A stretch of 64,000 bases of DNA from a virus. The stretch lies in the IMG/VR virus record IMGVR_UViG_3300026078_000018; one strand, given 5' to 3'. Positions 1 through 9,566 of this stretch are shown piece after piece. How positions within the stretch are numbered: position 1 is the stretch's first letter; every line of letters begins with the position of its first letter. A model generated the notes under the pieces. It was not told the origin of the DNA. It made no database searches and was given only the letters and a program-made list of their open reading frames with translations. The position numbers and the translations under genes are program-made.

Positions 1-230
1 AGCAGTTCCGGGACGGAGGTGCGGTGCAGCTTCACCGGCCCCTCCAGCACGTGGAAGAACCGCAGATCCTTGGCCTCGGTGGCTTTGGTCACCGTCGAGC
101 CGTCGTACAGGACCGCCACCATGCCGTAGCCGTTGACGTCCTTGATGACGCCGTGCTCCGGGGTCGCGCCCGGCCGCGGCAGATACACCACCTCGGCTTC
201 GATGGCGGCGCGCGCTTCGTCAGAGAGCAT
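1..230 (-). CDS. hypothetical protein (runs off window edge)
   Basis: ATG at 230 preceded by AGGAGG; MLSDEARAAIEAEVVYLPRPG...; last gene of the leftward operon. Confidence 0.6.
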   Translation of the reverse strand, partial: MLSDEARAAIEAEVVYLPRPGATPEHGVIKDVNGYGMVAVLYDGSTVTKATEAKDLRFFHVLEGPVKLHRTSVPEL

Positions 231-618
231 CGGGCACCTCCTGCGTCTCGGGCTCGTAGGGGGCGAGGCGATAGCCCACGGGCAGCCACAGCGGTTGGCC
301 GTAGGGTTGCCCGTCGCGGTCCCGGCGCTGCTGGGGAGACCAGACGACCATGGCGATGCAGCCCGGGTTGCCCAGGACCTCGGCAACGGCGTCTTCGATC
401 GGGGTGCGACCGGTGGAGTGCAGGTTCAGGGCCAGCTTGGTGGAGTCGCCGAACCACCGCGGGCGCGTGTGGGAGTAGGTGTGGACCAAGTGCAGCCACG
501 GCAGCAGATCGTGCTGCGCGGTGATGCGGGTGCCGTTGAGGTTGATGACGGTCAGGGCCTGCTCGCCGGGCTCCAGCCGGGCGATGACCGAACGCTCGGT
601 TTCCGTCAGAGTGATCAT
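220..618 (-). CDS. hypothetical protein
   Basis: MITLTETERSV...; overlapping start/stop coupling within the leftward operon. Confidence 0.65.
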   Translation of the reverse strand: MITLTETERSVIARLEPGEQALTVINLNGTRITAQHDLLPWLHLVHTYSHTRPRWFGDSTKLALNLHSTGRTPIEDAVAEVLGNPGCIAMVVWSPQQRRDRDGQPYGQPLWLPVGYRLAPYEPETQEVPDAL

Positions 619-1541
619 GCGGGGGCTCCCCGGCTCTCCAGGGCTGCGCCGTAGGCGTTCAGGCACTTCTCCAGGTACTGCCCGAGCACCAGGGGCGGGG
701 TACCCCAGAAGTCGGCGCTGCTGTGGTCGGAGATGGCGTCAGAGAAGGCGTGTGCCAGCGAGGAGAAGTTGGTGTTGGCCTGCTCGTCGGTGAGCGAGCC
801 GCGGCGGCGCCAGTTGAGGAAGTCGGCCCGGCCGCCGGGCACCCGGTACAGGTGGGTGCATTCCATCAGGTGGTGATGTTCGTCGGCGGTGAGGCCCAGG
901 ACGGAGGCGGCATCGGCGGCGCCGCCGATGCCGAGGCTGTGCCAGCCGGTTAGACCTCGTACGGCATCGCCCGCGGCGAACAGTTCCCCGATCGGGCCCC
1001 AGGCGGCATAGCCGACGATCGTCGGCAGTCCCTGGGCCGCACGGGCGTCTGCGGCCTTGGTCTCGGTCAGGAACTCGTCCCGGCTGCCGGGATGGTTGAA
1101 GGAGAGCTTGTGACTGTTCAGCACACCGTAGTCGTCCTCGGTGATCGGATCGACGTTCCAGCCCTCTGTGCGTCGTTTCGGATCGATGTTGATGACGCTG
1201 CAGACGGCGTCCCAGCCGTCGGTGCGGCCGGGGGCTTGGTCGGCCCGCAGGCAGAAGTACAGTTCGCCGTCGGGTCTCCACAGCGCCCAGCCGTATGGCA
1301 CCGCGGTATCGGGGACCGGGACGCCGTCGTCATTCTCGTGGACGATGTGCAGGAAGTCGTGGTTGCGCAGCGCGGCCAGCGCCTGTTCGGCGCGCAGCCA
1401 GCAGTAGGAGTCGACGTCGGTGGTCAGGTCGTGCAGGTGGGGGTACTCGTTGTGGTGCAGCTGCTCGGCGATGGCGTCGAGTAGCGGGGCGTAGTTCTCG
1501 CCGAGGGCATCGAGGGCCTTCTGTCTGTAGGTGCTGGTCAT
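615..1541 (-). CDS. hypothetical protein
   Basis: MTSTYRQKAL... with GGGGAG RBS; high-GC3 frame. Confidence 0.7.
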   Translation of the reverse strand: MTSTYRQKALDALGENYAPLLDAIAEQLHHNEYPHLHDLTTDVDSYCWLRAEQALAALRNHDFLHIVHENDDGVPVPDTAVPYGWALWRPDGELYFCLRADQAPGRTDGWDAVCSVINIDPKRRTEGWNVDPITEDDYGVLNSHKLSFNHPGSRDEFLTETKAADARAAQGLPTIVGYAAWGPIGELFAAGDAVRGLTGWHSLGIGGAADAASVLGLTADEHHHLMECTHLYRVPGGRADFLNWRRRGSLTDEQANTNFSSLAHAFSDAISDHSSADFWGTPPLVLGQYLEKCLNAYGAALESRGAPA

Positions 1542-1575
1542 GCTGCTCCCTGGGGTGGATCGCCGGGGTGGCTGG

Positions 1576-1797
1576 TCAGGTCTCGGGGGTGAAGGCGCCC
1601 GCCAGGCGCGGGTTGGCCTTGACGAGATCGGCGGCAGTGGTGTGTAGCACCTCGGAGGCGTAGTCACGTTCGGAGTCACTCTTGAACTGTTCGAACACCA
1701 GCGCAGCGGCCATCACCACCGTGTCGGTGAGCATGGCCACCTCGGCGCGCAGACGGGCGATCTCGCGCTGGTCGGCAGTCGGCTTTGCGGGGCTCAC
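1576..1797 (-). CDS. small hypothetical protein
   Basis: GTG overlapping upstream stop; VSPAKPTADQREIARLRAEV... Confidence 0.6.
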   Translation of the reverse strand: MSPAKPTADQREIARLRAEVAMLTDTVVMAAALVFEQFKSDSERDYASEVLHTTAADLVKANPRLAGAFTPET

Positions 1798-2375
1798 TCG
1801 TCGTCGGCCTTCAGCGTGGCCGGGTCGACCCAGTCGGTGGTGCCGGGCAGCTCGCGCGCCTTCACCTCGGCGGTGAGGACGTGGCCGTTGGCGAGCAGCC
1901 GAGAGGCCTTGTGCCGGGCCGCGATCACGCTGTCGAAGGGGCCGAGATGGTGCTTGGGCCTCTGGGTGAAGCCGGTGCAGGTCTCCTGGATGTCCTGTGG
2001 TGTGGTGTACTCCACCGCGTACTCGGTGCGGCTGCCGTCGTTCAACGGCAGGATCTGCGGCCACAGCGGGTCGCCGGTGTGCGGCCGGTTGATCGCGTCC
2101 GCGGCGGTTAGGCAGCTGTAGGCGTTCTCCATCAGGGCCGTGAAGGCGGCCAGGTCTTCGCCGCCCAGCCAGTCGTTGCTGTCGGCGACGCCCAGGTACT
2201 CATCGCTGGACAGCTGGTTCTCCAGGCGCTTGGCGTTGTGCAGCAGGGCCTTGGCCTTGGCGAGGACGTCGGTGAGTTCGGCCTTCCAGCGCTCGCGCTT
2301 GACGAGGCTCGTGGCGACGTACTGCGAGAACTCTTCGTCGACCGATTCGGCGGTCTCGGGTTCGGTGTCGGTCAT
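1794..2375 (-). CDS. hypothetical coiled-coil protein
   Basis: MTDTEPET... with AAGGA RBS; ATGA coupling. Confidence 0.7.
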   Translation of the reverse strand: MTDTEPETAESVDEEFSQYVATSLVKRERWKAELTDVLAKAKALLHNAKRLENQLSSDEYLGVADSNDWLGGEDLAAFTALMENAYSCLTAADAINRPHTGDPLWPQILPLNDGSRTEYAVEYTTPQDIQETCTGFTQRPKHHLGPFDSVIAARHKASRLLANGHVLTAEVKARELPGTTDWVDPATLKADDE

Positions 2376-2776
2376 GAGGCGGAGTCCTTCCTTGCGGGCG
2401 TCGCCCGCGTGATGTCGGTGCAGCTGCTGGCCCAGCGCAGTCCGAGGCGCTGCCACAGGCAGCGTCTGGGCTCGGGGAACTCCGGGGCGATACGGCGGCC
2501 GCACAGGGGGCAGGAGAGCCGGGCCAGCAGCAGTGAGGCGATGGTGTCGGCTGCAAGCTCGGGGGTGGTGCAGTAGCAGGTGGTGATGCGCTCACCGGTG
2601 AGGATGGCGAAGCCGTACCAGTTGGCGTTTTCACTGCTGGTGTTCTCGCGCATCCAGCCGATGCCGTAGCCGCGGCCCCCGGCCATCTCCAGCAGCGGTT
2701 TGACTGCGCAGAGCGCGGCCGCCTCTTCATCGGTGACCGGGCGGCCCAGGCGTGTCTCGACCGGGTCGAGGTTCAT
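2372..2776 (-). CDS. hypothetical Cys-containing protein
   Basis: MNLDPVET..., CPLC plus further Cys; AGGAGG RBS. Confidence 0.65.
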   Translation of the reverse strand: MNLDPVETRLGRPVTDEEAAALCAVKPLLEMAGGRGYGIGWMRENTSSENANWYGFAILTGERITTCYCTTPELAADTIASLLLARLSCPLCGRRIAPEFPEPRRCLWQRLGLRWASSCTDITRATPARKDSAS

Positions 2777-3336
2777 AGTGTCCGCCTCCTGGTGATCTCC
2801 AGCTCCTCGTGGACGATTGCGCAGGCGGTGTCGAAGACCTCGGGGAACGTCCAGGTGTGTGTGTCGATCCAGTGAGGGGTGAAGGTGGCGGGGACGTCCT
2901 CCCAGGACCCGGAGGTGGATCGGATCTTGGCTCCCATCCGGATGCTCCATAGCGGCACCGGTTTGTGTTTGATGATGACGACCGCGACGGTTCGGGCCGG
3001 GTCCGGCACCTGGTCCAGTGCATCTCGGAACCGCACGAAAAACGCGTAGGGCAGCATGCGGCTGCCGGGGGGCAGCGGTACCGGGTTGGGGTTGGGGTTT
3101 TCGATCAGCCCGTACCGGATGGCGATGGCCACCAGGTGACAGCGGTTGCGTGCATACAGCAGGTGACGCAGCTTCTGTTCTTCGATCTTGATCTTTTCTA
3201 CGCGCATGCCGAACTTCTCGGCGATGTTCTTGTCGTGCTCGCCGCGGCTGATCTCGATCAGGATCTTGTGCTGGATGGGGCTGATGACGGGCAGCGCAGC
3301 GGCGACAACGGCGATCTTTTCATCGCTGACGATCAT
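2773..3336 (-). CDS. LuxR-type HTH protein with extra C-terminal domain
   Basis: ISPIQHKILIEISRGEHDKNIAEKFG...KLRHLLYARNRCHLVAIAIRYGLI follows the LuxR HTH pattern; GGAGG RBS. Confidence 0.75.
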   Translation of the reverse strand: MIVSDEKIAVVAAALPVISPIQHKILIEISRGEHDKNIAEKFGMRVEKIKIEEQKLRHLLYARNRCHLVAIAIRYGLIENPNPNPVPLPPGSRMLPYAFFVRFRDALDQVPDPARTVAVVIIKHKPVPLWSIRMGAKIRSTSGSWEDVPATFTPHWIDTHTWTFPEVFDTACAIVHEELEITRRRTL

Positions 3337-3395
3337 CGTTCACCTCCCGCAGAACGCAGGCCGCCGATGTGGTACTGGGACAGGTTTCTTACCCC

Positions 3396-3424
3396 ACCAT
3401 ACCATCGGACCATACTATGGTCCA
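3396..3424 (-). promoter_or_regulatory. sigma70-type promoter overlapping a 21-bp palindromic operator
   Basis: Minus strand TGGACC-N17-TATGGT; operator ACCATAG-N7-CGATGGT. Confidence 0.7.
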
Positions 3425-3723
3425 TCACCTTTTTGTCGCGCGCAAGGCCCAGTGGGGCCGTGACCGGGCATGATACGAGGCTGTGCATCATCAACACGGG
3501 TGCTCCCGTGGGCAAGGCGCGCGTCAGCGCGCAAGGTCGCGTGGCTCCCGGGCACGCCCGGGGTGTTCGAGGGTGTCGGCTGCGGAACCACACGCTGGCG
3601 TGCGCGGGAACCGGGGCTTCGAGACCTAGAGCCTAGACCTTCTGCCCCGCGCTGGTCACAGGATCCTGTGACGCACACTCGCGAACACGAGTTCGGGATA
3701 ACCCGATGCAGAAAAGTTACCCC

Positions 3724-3749
3724 ACCATAGTGTCACTCGATGGTAGGGT
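3724..3749 (+). promoter_or_regulatory. operator-promoter upstream of the sigma gene
   Basis: ACCATAG-TGTCACT-CGATGGT overlapping -10 TAGGGT. Confidence 0.65.
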
Positions 3750-3882
3750 TCTGATGGGGATATTCTTCCCCGCACACACACCCCCGCAAGTCCGCGCGCC
3801 GCAACCAGCGGCGAGAGCGGCGAGACGGGGTTTCGCACCACCAAGCCACGCGACCTGGTTCCCACACGAAGGACACGCCGCC

Positions 3883-4524
3883 ATGCCCGCGATGCCGCGT
3901 ACCCAGAAACAGCCACGAATCCCCGCCCAGAGGCACCCCGAAAACAAGCCCCTGATCCCGCCGGAAGACGCCCAGAGACTGATCGCTGCTGCCCAAGACG
4001 GCGACCGGGAGGCCTTCGGCGAGCTCTACCGCGTCTACCGTGACAGGGTCTTCCGGTACATCTACTACCGCGTGTCCACCCGGGCCCTGGCCGAGGACCT
4101 CACCAGCGAAACCTTCATCCGGGCGCTGCGCCACATCACCACCTTCTCCTGGCAGGGCTGCGATTTCGTGGCATGGCTGTTCACCATCAGCCGCAACCTG
4201 GTGGCCGACTACTTCAAGTCCTCCCGGCACCGCATGGAGGTCTCCACCGGCGAGATGCTCGACTCCGACGAGGTCGAGGCCTCCCCGGAGGAGTCGGTGC
4301 TGGAGCACCTGTCCAACGAGGCCCTGCTGAACGCCGTCCACCGGCTCACCGACGGGCAGCGGGAGTGCATAAAGCTCCGGTTCCTGGAGCAGCTCACCGT
4401 GGCTGAGACGGCACGCGTCATGGACCTGTCCGAAGGCGCCGTCAAAACCCTCCAGTACCGCGCCGTCAGAACCCTGGGACGTGCCCTGAAAAAGGACGAC
4501 TTCGACATGGCCCTGGCCGCCTGA
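3883..4524 (+). CDS. bldN: ECF sigma factor, sigma-BldN/AdsA homologue
   Basis: RYIYYRV..AEDLTSETF.RALR.I.TF.WQG.DF.AWL.TI.RNLVAD.FKSSR.R.EV.TGEMLD and KTLQYRAVRTL match my recollection of Streptomyces BldN; start chosen from a GAAGGA RBS, an upstream start is possible. Confidence 0.85.
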   Translation: MPAMPRTQKQPRIPAQRHPENKPLIPPEDAQRLIAAAQDGDREAFGELYRVYRDRVFRYIYYRVSTRALAEDLTSETFIRALRHITTFSWQGCDFVAWLFTISRNLVADYFKSSRHRMEVSTGEMLDSDEVEASPEESVLEHLSNEALLNAVHRLTDGQRECIKLRFLEQLTVAETARVMDLSEGAVKTLQYRAVRTLGRALKKDDFDMALAA

Positions 4525-4555
4525 TCGCCCCGTTCGCGTTAGGAGGTAACCCTCT

Positions 4556-5077
4556 ATGAAGCCGATCTGCTTCTTGGACGTTGACGGGGTGCTCAACGTC
4601 TTCGATGCCGCCGCCGACTGGGATGACGAACACCACTACGAGAAGAACCTGGTTTTCCGGAATCCCCGCAACAACGACCGGTGGACCCAGCGCCAGGTCG
4701 TCCTCGACCGGCGTCACCCGGCGCTGCTGGGGATGCTCGCCGCCGACTTCGAGATGGTGTGGGCGACTGCCTGGCGCGAGGCCGCCAACGCGGCCCTGTC
4801 CGAGCTGCTGGGACTGCCTCAGCTCCCCGTGGTCACCTTCCGCCACAGCGGCGGCGTCGGAGGCCTGCACTGGAAGACTCCGCGGCTGGCCGACTGGGCC
4901 GAGGGCCGCCCCTTCGTCTGGCTCGACGACGAAGCCCGCAGCGACGACGCCGCGTGGTTGAGAAACGTCAACCCCGACGTCGCGGTGCTGCGGTGCGACC
5001 CGGTCTACGGCCTCACCGACAAGCACATCCTGGACGCCTTGGACTTCGCCGCGTCTCTGGCAGGATCCAAGACGTGA
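4556..5077 (+). CDS. HAD-family hydrolase (Swiss-army-knife RNA-repair HAD type)
   Basis: FLDVDGVLN, WATAW, WK, FVWLDD motifs; AGGAGG RBS. Confidence 0.8.
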   Translation: MKPICFLDVDGVLNVFDAAADWDDEHHYEKNLVFRNPRNNDRWTQRQVVLDRRHPALLGMLAADFEMVWATAWREAANAALSELLGLPQLPVVTFRHSGGVGGLHWKTPRLADWAEGRPFVWLDDEARSDDAAWLRNVNPDVAVLRCDPVYGLTDKHILDALDFAASLAGSKT

Positions 5078-5373
5078 CCGACGATTCGATACCCCAGCTG
5101 TCCCTGGTCTCCTACCGGGGCCACGCGCTGCAGCGTGGCGAAGGCGGCGAGTGGACGTGTTTCTGCGGTGAGCTGACACTGGCGTCCTGCGTCGAAGACC
5201 CGAAAGCCTTCAGCGCGTTTTACGAGCATGCCCGTGACGCCGAGTGGATGATCTGGAACTCCGAAGAGCGGCGTTACGTCAGCGAGAGCGAAATCCGTGA
5301 GGCTGTCGAGACGCTGATGCCGCTGCCAGACACCCGGTTCCGACTGCCGCGCGAGTTCCTCGACTACCTGTGA
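5074..5373 (+). CDS. hypothetical protein
   Basis: GTGA coupling; H..CFCG..H possible metal site. Confidence 0.6.
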   Translation: MTDDSIPQLSLVSYRGHALQRGEGGEWTCFCGELTLASCVEDPKAFSAFYEHARDAEWMIWNSEERRYVSESEIREAVETLMPLPDTRFRLPREFLDYL

Positions 5374-5374
5374 C

Positions 5375-5932
5375 TCACGCACACCTCCAGCGGCCCACGA
5401 CGTAGAACGCCTGTGGGCCGCCGGAGGATGCGGCGAACCGGACCGAGATCAACCCCGTTGTGCCGTCATGATCAAGGGTGAAATACGACGGCATCGCGTC
5501 GGAGGGGTCGACGTGCACCCCGGGATACCAAACCCCGTCCACGGCCAGCGACGACCAGCCGCTCGGGCTGACAGCACCGGCGGTGGGGTGCGTACCCAGA
5601 GGAGCTGTCGACTGGGCATCCACCCCGAAAGCCAGCACCACCGCGTGCCCGTCAGCGGCCCCGGCAACCCGGGCCGCCCAATGCGGCACCCGCTCGGCAT
5701 CAGTCCACTCCCAGCAGCCTGTGACCGCATCCCTCGGCCCGAGAGCCGTCGGTGCGGCATCCGAAACACCCCGCGCGCCGGTGGCCACGCTCAGATGCAG
5801 CAGAGAGGAACCGTTTAGCGTCACATCCTGCACCGGCACCGCGGAGCTGTCCTGCACGGCCTGGACAGCCCCCGCGGAAGAGCAGGCACTCACTGTGAGC
5901 ACTACCACCCCGAGCATCGCTGACAGCCTCAT
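5375..5932 (-). CDS. putative lipoprotein
   Basis: MRLSAMLGVVVLTVSA-C lipobox; GAGGAGG RBS. Confidence 0.65.
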   Translation of the reverse strand: MRLSAMLGVVVLTVSACSSAGAVQAVQDSSAVPVQDVTLNGSSLLHLSVATGARGVSDAAPTALGPRDAVTGCWEWTDAERVPHWAARVAGAADGHAVVLAFGVDAQSTAPLGTHPTAGAVSPSGWSSLAVDGVWYPGVHVDPSDAMPSYFTLDHDGTTGLISVRFAASSGGPQAFYVVGRWRCA

Positions 5933-6464
5933 CCGCCCCTCCTCAACCGGCATGGCACCGTATATCAGGAGTATGCGGTACCCCGGTCCGGGAAGGGAAA
6001 CGTGGGTGTCCCGGCTTACCGGTGACCATGCACCGATGTGCGGGATGATGAGAGCAGACGGCGCGCGCCACACGCCGGATCCGGTGTGAACCCCCTGGTG
6101 GCATCGGGGTCCGGGGCGCGCGCCGTCTGCGGAAGGCGCGGAGTCAGCTGGGGAAGTGCTGACCGTCGCGTGACCGCGCCTTGTGGTGGATCATTCAATT
6201 GGCTTCAACAAAGAGGTGGACGTTAGAAAGTATCAGTGCTTTGCGTCACGGTGAGTTCACTGAGCGTAACCATGGCGTTCGGCGTCGCAGGATGCCCACG
6301 TCGGGCAGCTGTTCACTCTTGGCGCCTCCATTTCTGGAGGCGAATGATGTTCATCGTGCTACCTATCCATGTATAGCGCAATCCCCATACGGGGGTGGCG
6401 TGGGTGTGGCTTTTAAGCCAGAACAGGACTTCCGCAGGACTTCGAATATGCGTGACTATTCCGG

Positions 6465-7358
6465 ATGGGGGATGATGTGACAGTGAGTTTCGAGTCGTTC
6501 GCGATCAAGCGTGACCTCGGTGCGTCGTTGAAGGCTGCACGGCTGGCTATGAAACCGACACTGTCGACGACGCGCGCAGCGGCCGCCCTCGGGATCAGCC
6601 AGGCCTCGGTGTCACGGATCGAGAACGGGAAGCAGCTCGTCAACAAGGATCAGCTGTGCCAGATGGCCAACGTCTACAAGGTGAGGACCGGCCAGCTGTC
6701 GCAGTGGCTCCGGATGCTGACCCAGGTGAACGCTCCCGACCAGTGGTGGCACGAGGAGCCCTACCGGAAGTGTTTGACCAAGCGGTACGCCGAGCTCATC
6801 GGGGTTGAGGATGCAGCTGAAGCACTGATGCTGCTGCAGCTCCAGGTGGTTCCTGGACTGCTACAGACGGCGGAGTACACCAGGGCTCTCCTGGAGGGAA
6901 GCCCGATCAGGTTGAGCGCAGAGGAGATCGACTCTCTGATCGAGGTCCGGCAGGTCAGACAGCAACGGCTCAGCTTGGACGCTGTACGCCCGCTGCAGGC
7001 GACGTTCATCCTGTCTCAAGCCGTCCTCGAAATGCGCTACAGCAGCGAGGAGGTTCACCGGGCGCAGATGCGGCAGCTCGACCTCAGGGCCAAGCAGGAC
7101 AACATCACGATCGTAATCCTTCCTTTCGATCGAATGATCGATCTAAATTCAGTGGATTTGTACGACTTGCCCGGTGGCGCAGACCCCGTTGTGTTCACCG
7201 AGCCGTTGATGACGAGTCAGATGGTGCAGACTATCGATGACGTCGAAAAGGTCAGAGGCATCATGTTGAAAGCTCAACAGCGTGCTCTTTCACCTGCTCA
7301 ATCGCAAACAGCTATTAGACAAAGAATGGATGGATCACATTATGCTCGACAGCAATGA
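6465..7358 (+). CDS. XRE-family HTH regulator with DUF5753 domain (Scr1-like)
   Basis: LGASLKAAR...ISQASVSRIENG; VVPGLLQTAEY; R..RQ..L. Confidence 0.9.
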   Translation: MGDDVTVSFESFAIKRDLGASLKAARLAMKPTLSTTRAAAALGISQASVSRIENGKQLVNKDQLCQMANVYKVRTGQLSQWLRMLTQVNAPDQWWHEEPYRKCLTKRYAELIGVEDAAEALMLLQLQVVPGLLQTAEYTRALLEGSPIRLSAEEIDSLIEVRQVRQQRLSLDAVRPLQATFILSQAVLEMRYSSEEVHRAQMRQLDLRAKQDNITIVILPFDRMIDLNSVDLYDLPGGADPVVFTEPLMTSQMVQTIDDVEKVRGIMLKAQQRALSPAQSQTAIRQRMDGSHYARQQ

Positions 7359-7560
7359 CACCTCCTCCGGACAGCTGAAGTGGCGCACGTCCTCATACAG
7401 CCAAGGTCAAAACAACTGCGTCGAGGTGGCTTTCAGCGCCCCCGGCGAAGAGGTGTGGGTGCGCCACAGCAAGAACCCCGACGGCGGGGTTCTGCAGTTC
7501 ACCTCGGACGAGTGGAAAGCGTTCATCGCGGGCGCCCGTGACGGCGAGTTCGGGGCGTAG
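7342..7560 (+). CDS. DUF397 protein (Scr2-like)
   Basis: WRTSSYS..NNCVEVA...VRHSKNP...L.F...EW.AF. Confidence 0.9.
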   Translation: MLDSNDTSSGQLKWRTSSYSQGQNNCVEVAFSAPGEEVWVRHSKNPDGGVLQFTSDEWKAFIAGARDGEFGA

Positions 7561-7598
7561 CTAAGGATCTTCTCCGGGCGGTCATCAGCTCGTCACGA

Positions 7599-7641
7599 CA
7601 CCTCAGGACCCCTCCTTCCGAACAAGAGGGGGCCTGAGGTG
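7599..7641. terminator. stem-loop after the DUF397 gene
   Basis: CACCTCAGG...CCTGAGGTG with inner CCCCTC/GAGGGG. Confidence 0.55.
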
Positions 7642-7882
7642 CTCTGATGTAAGCAGCCTGTTTGCTATACCCAGATTGGCCAGGTGCACGCTACAGTGTC
7701 GGACCTGGGATGTTCGGTGTTCGCAGGTGAACGGCCCTCGCTGATCTCGCGCAAACCCGTGCGCGGGCGGCCGCCGGGCCCCGCGGATCGGCCTTCCCGA
7801 TTCAGCCACGCGATCAGCACCCCGCTTCTGGAGAGCGCCATGCCCCGATGCATTCTGCCCATCCCTCCGACACCGCCGTACC

Positions 7883-8533
7883 GTGTCTGAGACCGCCGGG
7901 ATCCCGGTGGTGGCCGCCCCGGTCCGCGCCCACGCCGTGTGCTTCACCGGCGACAACCTCAACGAGGTCCGAGCTGTCGTCTCATCGTGTCTTCACGGCT
8001 CACCCGAACCGCCGGACGGCTTCGGATTTGCTGTCGGATGGCCCGAGACCAGTAACCCGGCTGCCATCAAACTGTGGGATCCTCGCAGCGAACGCTGGGC
8101 GTATGCAATGCCCGGCGACTGGATCATCGTCGTCGATGGCGTGCTGGTGCTGAACCAGTGGTGGTTCCGGACTCTGTTCAACGGCCACGCGGCCGCCCCC
8201 GACCGGCTGTCGCAGGCTGCCGAACTCGCGGCACAGCTGCAGCAGCTGCTGGCCGTCCAGGAGGAACCGGCGCCGCCCCGGGATCCGCTGTCGCCGGTCA
8301 ACCTGGTGCAGGTGCCCCCGCATCACACCGTGCCGCCGATGCCGATCCCTGTGGTCGGCGATGTCTGGCGGGACGAGTCTGGCAAGACCTGGACCGTGCG
8401 GCGCGTCCCGGAGCAGTGGTGGGAGGCGGAGTGTGTGGACGGTGACGGCTACCAGTGGACGTGGCAGATGCTGCACAGGCACTACTCGCCGCTGGTGCTG
8501 GATCACCGCACCTCGGTCTTCACCGCCGCATAG
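7883..8533 (+). CDS. hypothetical phage protein
   Basis: AVCFTGDN..EV...AMPGDWII pattern common in phage hypotheticals. Confidence 0.65.
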   Translation: MSETAGIPVVAAPVRAHAVCFTGDNLNEVRAVVSSCLHGSPEPPDGFGFAVGWPETSNPAAIKLWDPRSERWAYAMPGDWIIVVDGVLVLNQWWFRTLFNGHAAAPDRLSQAAELAAQLQQLLAVQEEPAPPRDPLSPVNLVQVPPHHTVPPMPIPVVGDVWRDESGKTWTVRRVPEQWWEAECVDGDGYQWTWQMLHRHYSPLVLDHRTSVFTAA

Positions 8534-8619
8534 CTTCTCTACTGGTTTCATACACCAGTAAAAGACTATAGTGGTGTGTGAGGCGGGTCGTCCGTGCCCG
8601 CCCGGACGGAGGCCACACC

Positions 8620-8931
8620 ATGCAGCACCCGGACCTGAAGCAGATCCGCCGCTGGATCGACGGCGAGGACCCGGCCCCGGCGTTGAACGAGCTCTACAGG
8701 ATCGGCGAGGAGATCGGCAGGCGCCGCAAGGCCCTGCGCAAGCAGGCCGACGACGAGGGCAAGCGGATGAAGGCCATGGTGGAGCTGCTGTGGCGGCAGG
8801 GCATGGACAACCTGGCCGAGATCCAGCGGGTACTAGACGTCACCTACACCACCGTCGACAAGGAACTCACCGCCAAGGGGCTGGGGCCGCAGCGGCGCCC
8901 GAAGCGCGGAGAGACGACAACCGGCGACTGA
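8620..8931 (+). CDS. small HTH-like protein
   Basis: GGAGG RBS; LAEIQRVLDVTYTTV.KEL HTH-like; TATAGT upstream. Confidence 0.65.
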   Translation: MQHPDLKQIRRWIDGEDPAPALNELYRIGEEIGRRRKALRKQADDEGKRMKAMVELLWRQGMDNLAEIQRVLDVTYTTVDKELTAKGLGPQRRPKRGETTTGD

Positions 8932-8933
8932 CT

Positions 8934-8964
8934 CCTGTCCGGGCACCAACAGCTCCTGAGGAAG
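8934..8964 (+). promoter_or_regulatory. candidate late promoter CCTGT-N23-AAG
   Basis: Same motif recurs before several structural genes. Confidence 0.55.
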
Positions 8965-8999
8965 TAGGGAAACACCCCACCTACCTCAGGAGCCGTTCC

Positions 9000-9566
9000 A
9001 TGACCGCAGTACTCACCCGGAACACACAGCCGGGACCGCTGGTCCTGCAGCCCGCCGACGGCAACTACAACGACTACGTGGTGTGGCAGGGCGCCGGAGA
9101 TCCCGACGGACAGGACGTCCAGCTGGTCTCAGCCGAGGCAGTCCAGACCGTGCCGTTCCAACGGGCCGTGGCCCGGCAGCTACTCGTCGTCGAAGGCGAC
9201 GACGTCCCGGCCGTCGACCCGGCCGTTCAGGCCTATCTGGACCGGCAGGCCGCCATCGCCGAGGCCGCCCGCGCCCGCGCCGAAGCCGAACTCAACGACA
9301 AGATCGAACACACCGAAAACCGGGAACTGCACGGCCTGGGCTGTGTCGGCCCCGACGCCCGCGGTACCGGCACCTGCAACACGATGGTCAGCGTCTCCGG
9401 CAAGGACAAGGACAAGATCCCGCCGCTGTGCTCCCAGCACAAGCACCTCGCCTTGCACTACGTCGCCGAGGTCGTCGCCGACAACGACAAGGTCGACGCC
9501 AAGCCCGAACGCACCCGCTGGATCCGCACCACCATGGGCCCGCGCGAGAAGGCCCCCACCCAGTGA
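9000..9566 (+). CDS. hypothetical virion-region protein (C..C..C..H)
   Basis: AGGAG RBS; first gene of the structural block. Confidence 0.75.
   Translation: MTAVLTRNTQPGPLVLQPADGNYNDYVVWQGAGDPDGQDVQLVSAEAVQTVPFQRAVARQLLVVEGDDVPAVDPAVQAYLDRQAAIAEAARARAEAELNDKIEHTENRELHGLGCVGPDARGTGTCNTMVSVSGKDKDKIPPLCSQHKHLALHYVAEVVADNDKVDAKPERTRWIRTTMGPREKAPTQ

Noticed and set aside
6265-6292. BldN-type promoter (CGTAAC)
   Set aside because: No matching -10 element at the expected spacing.
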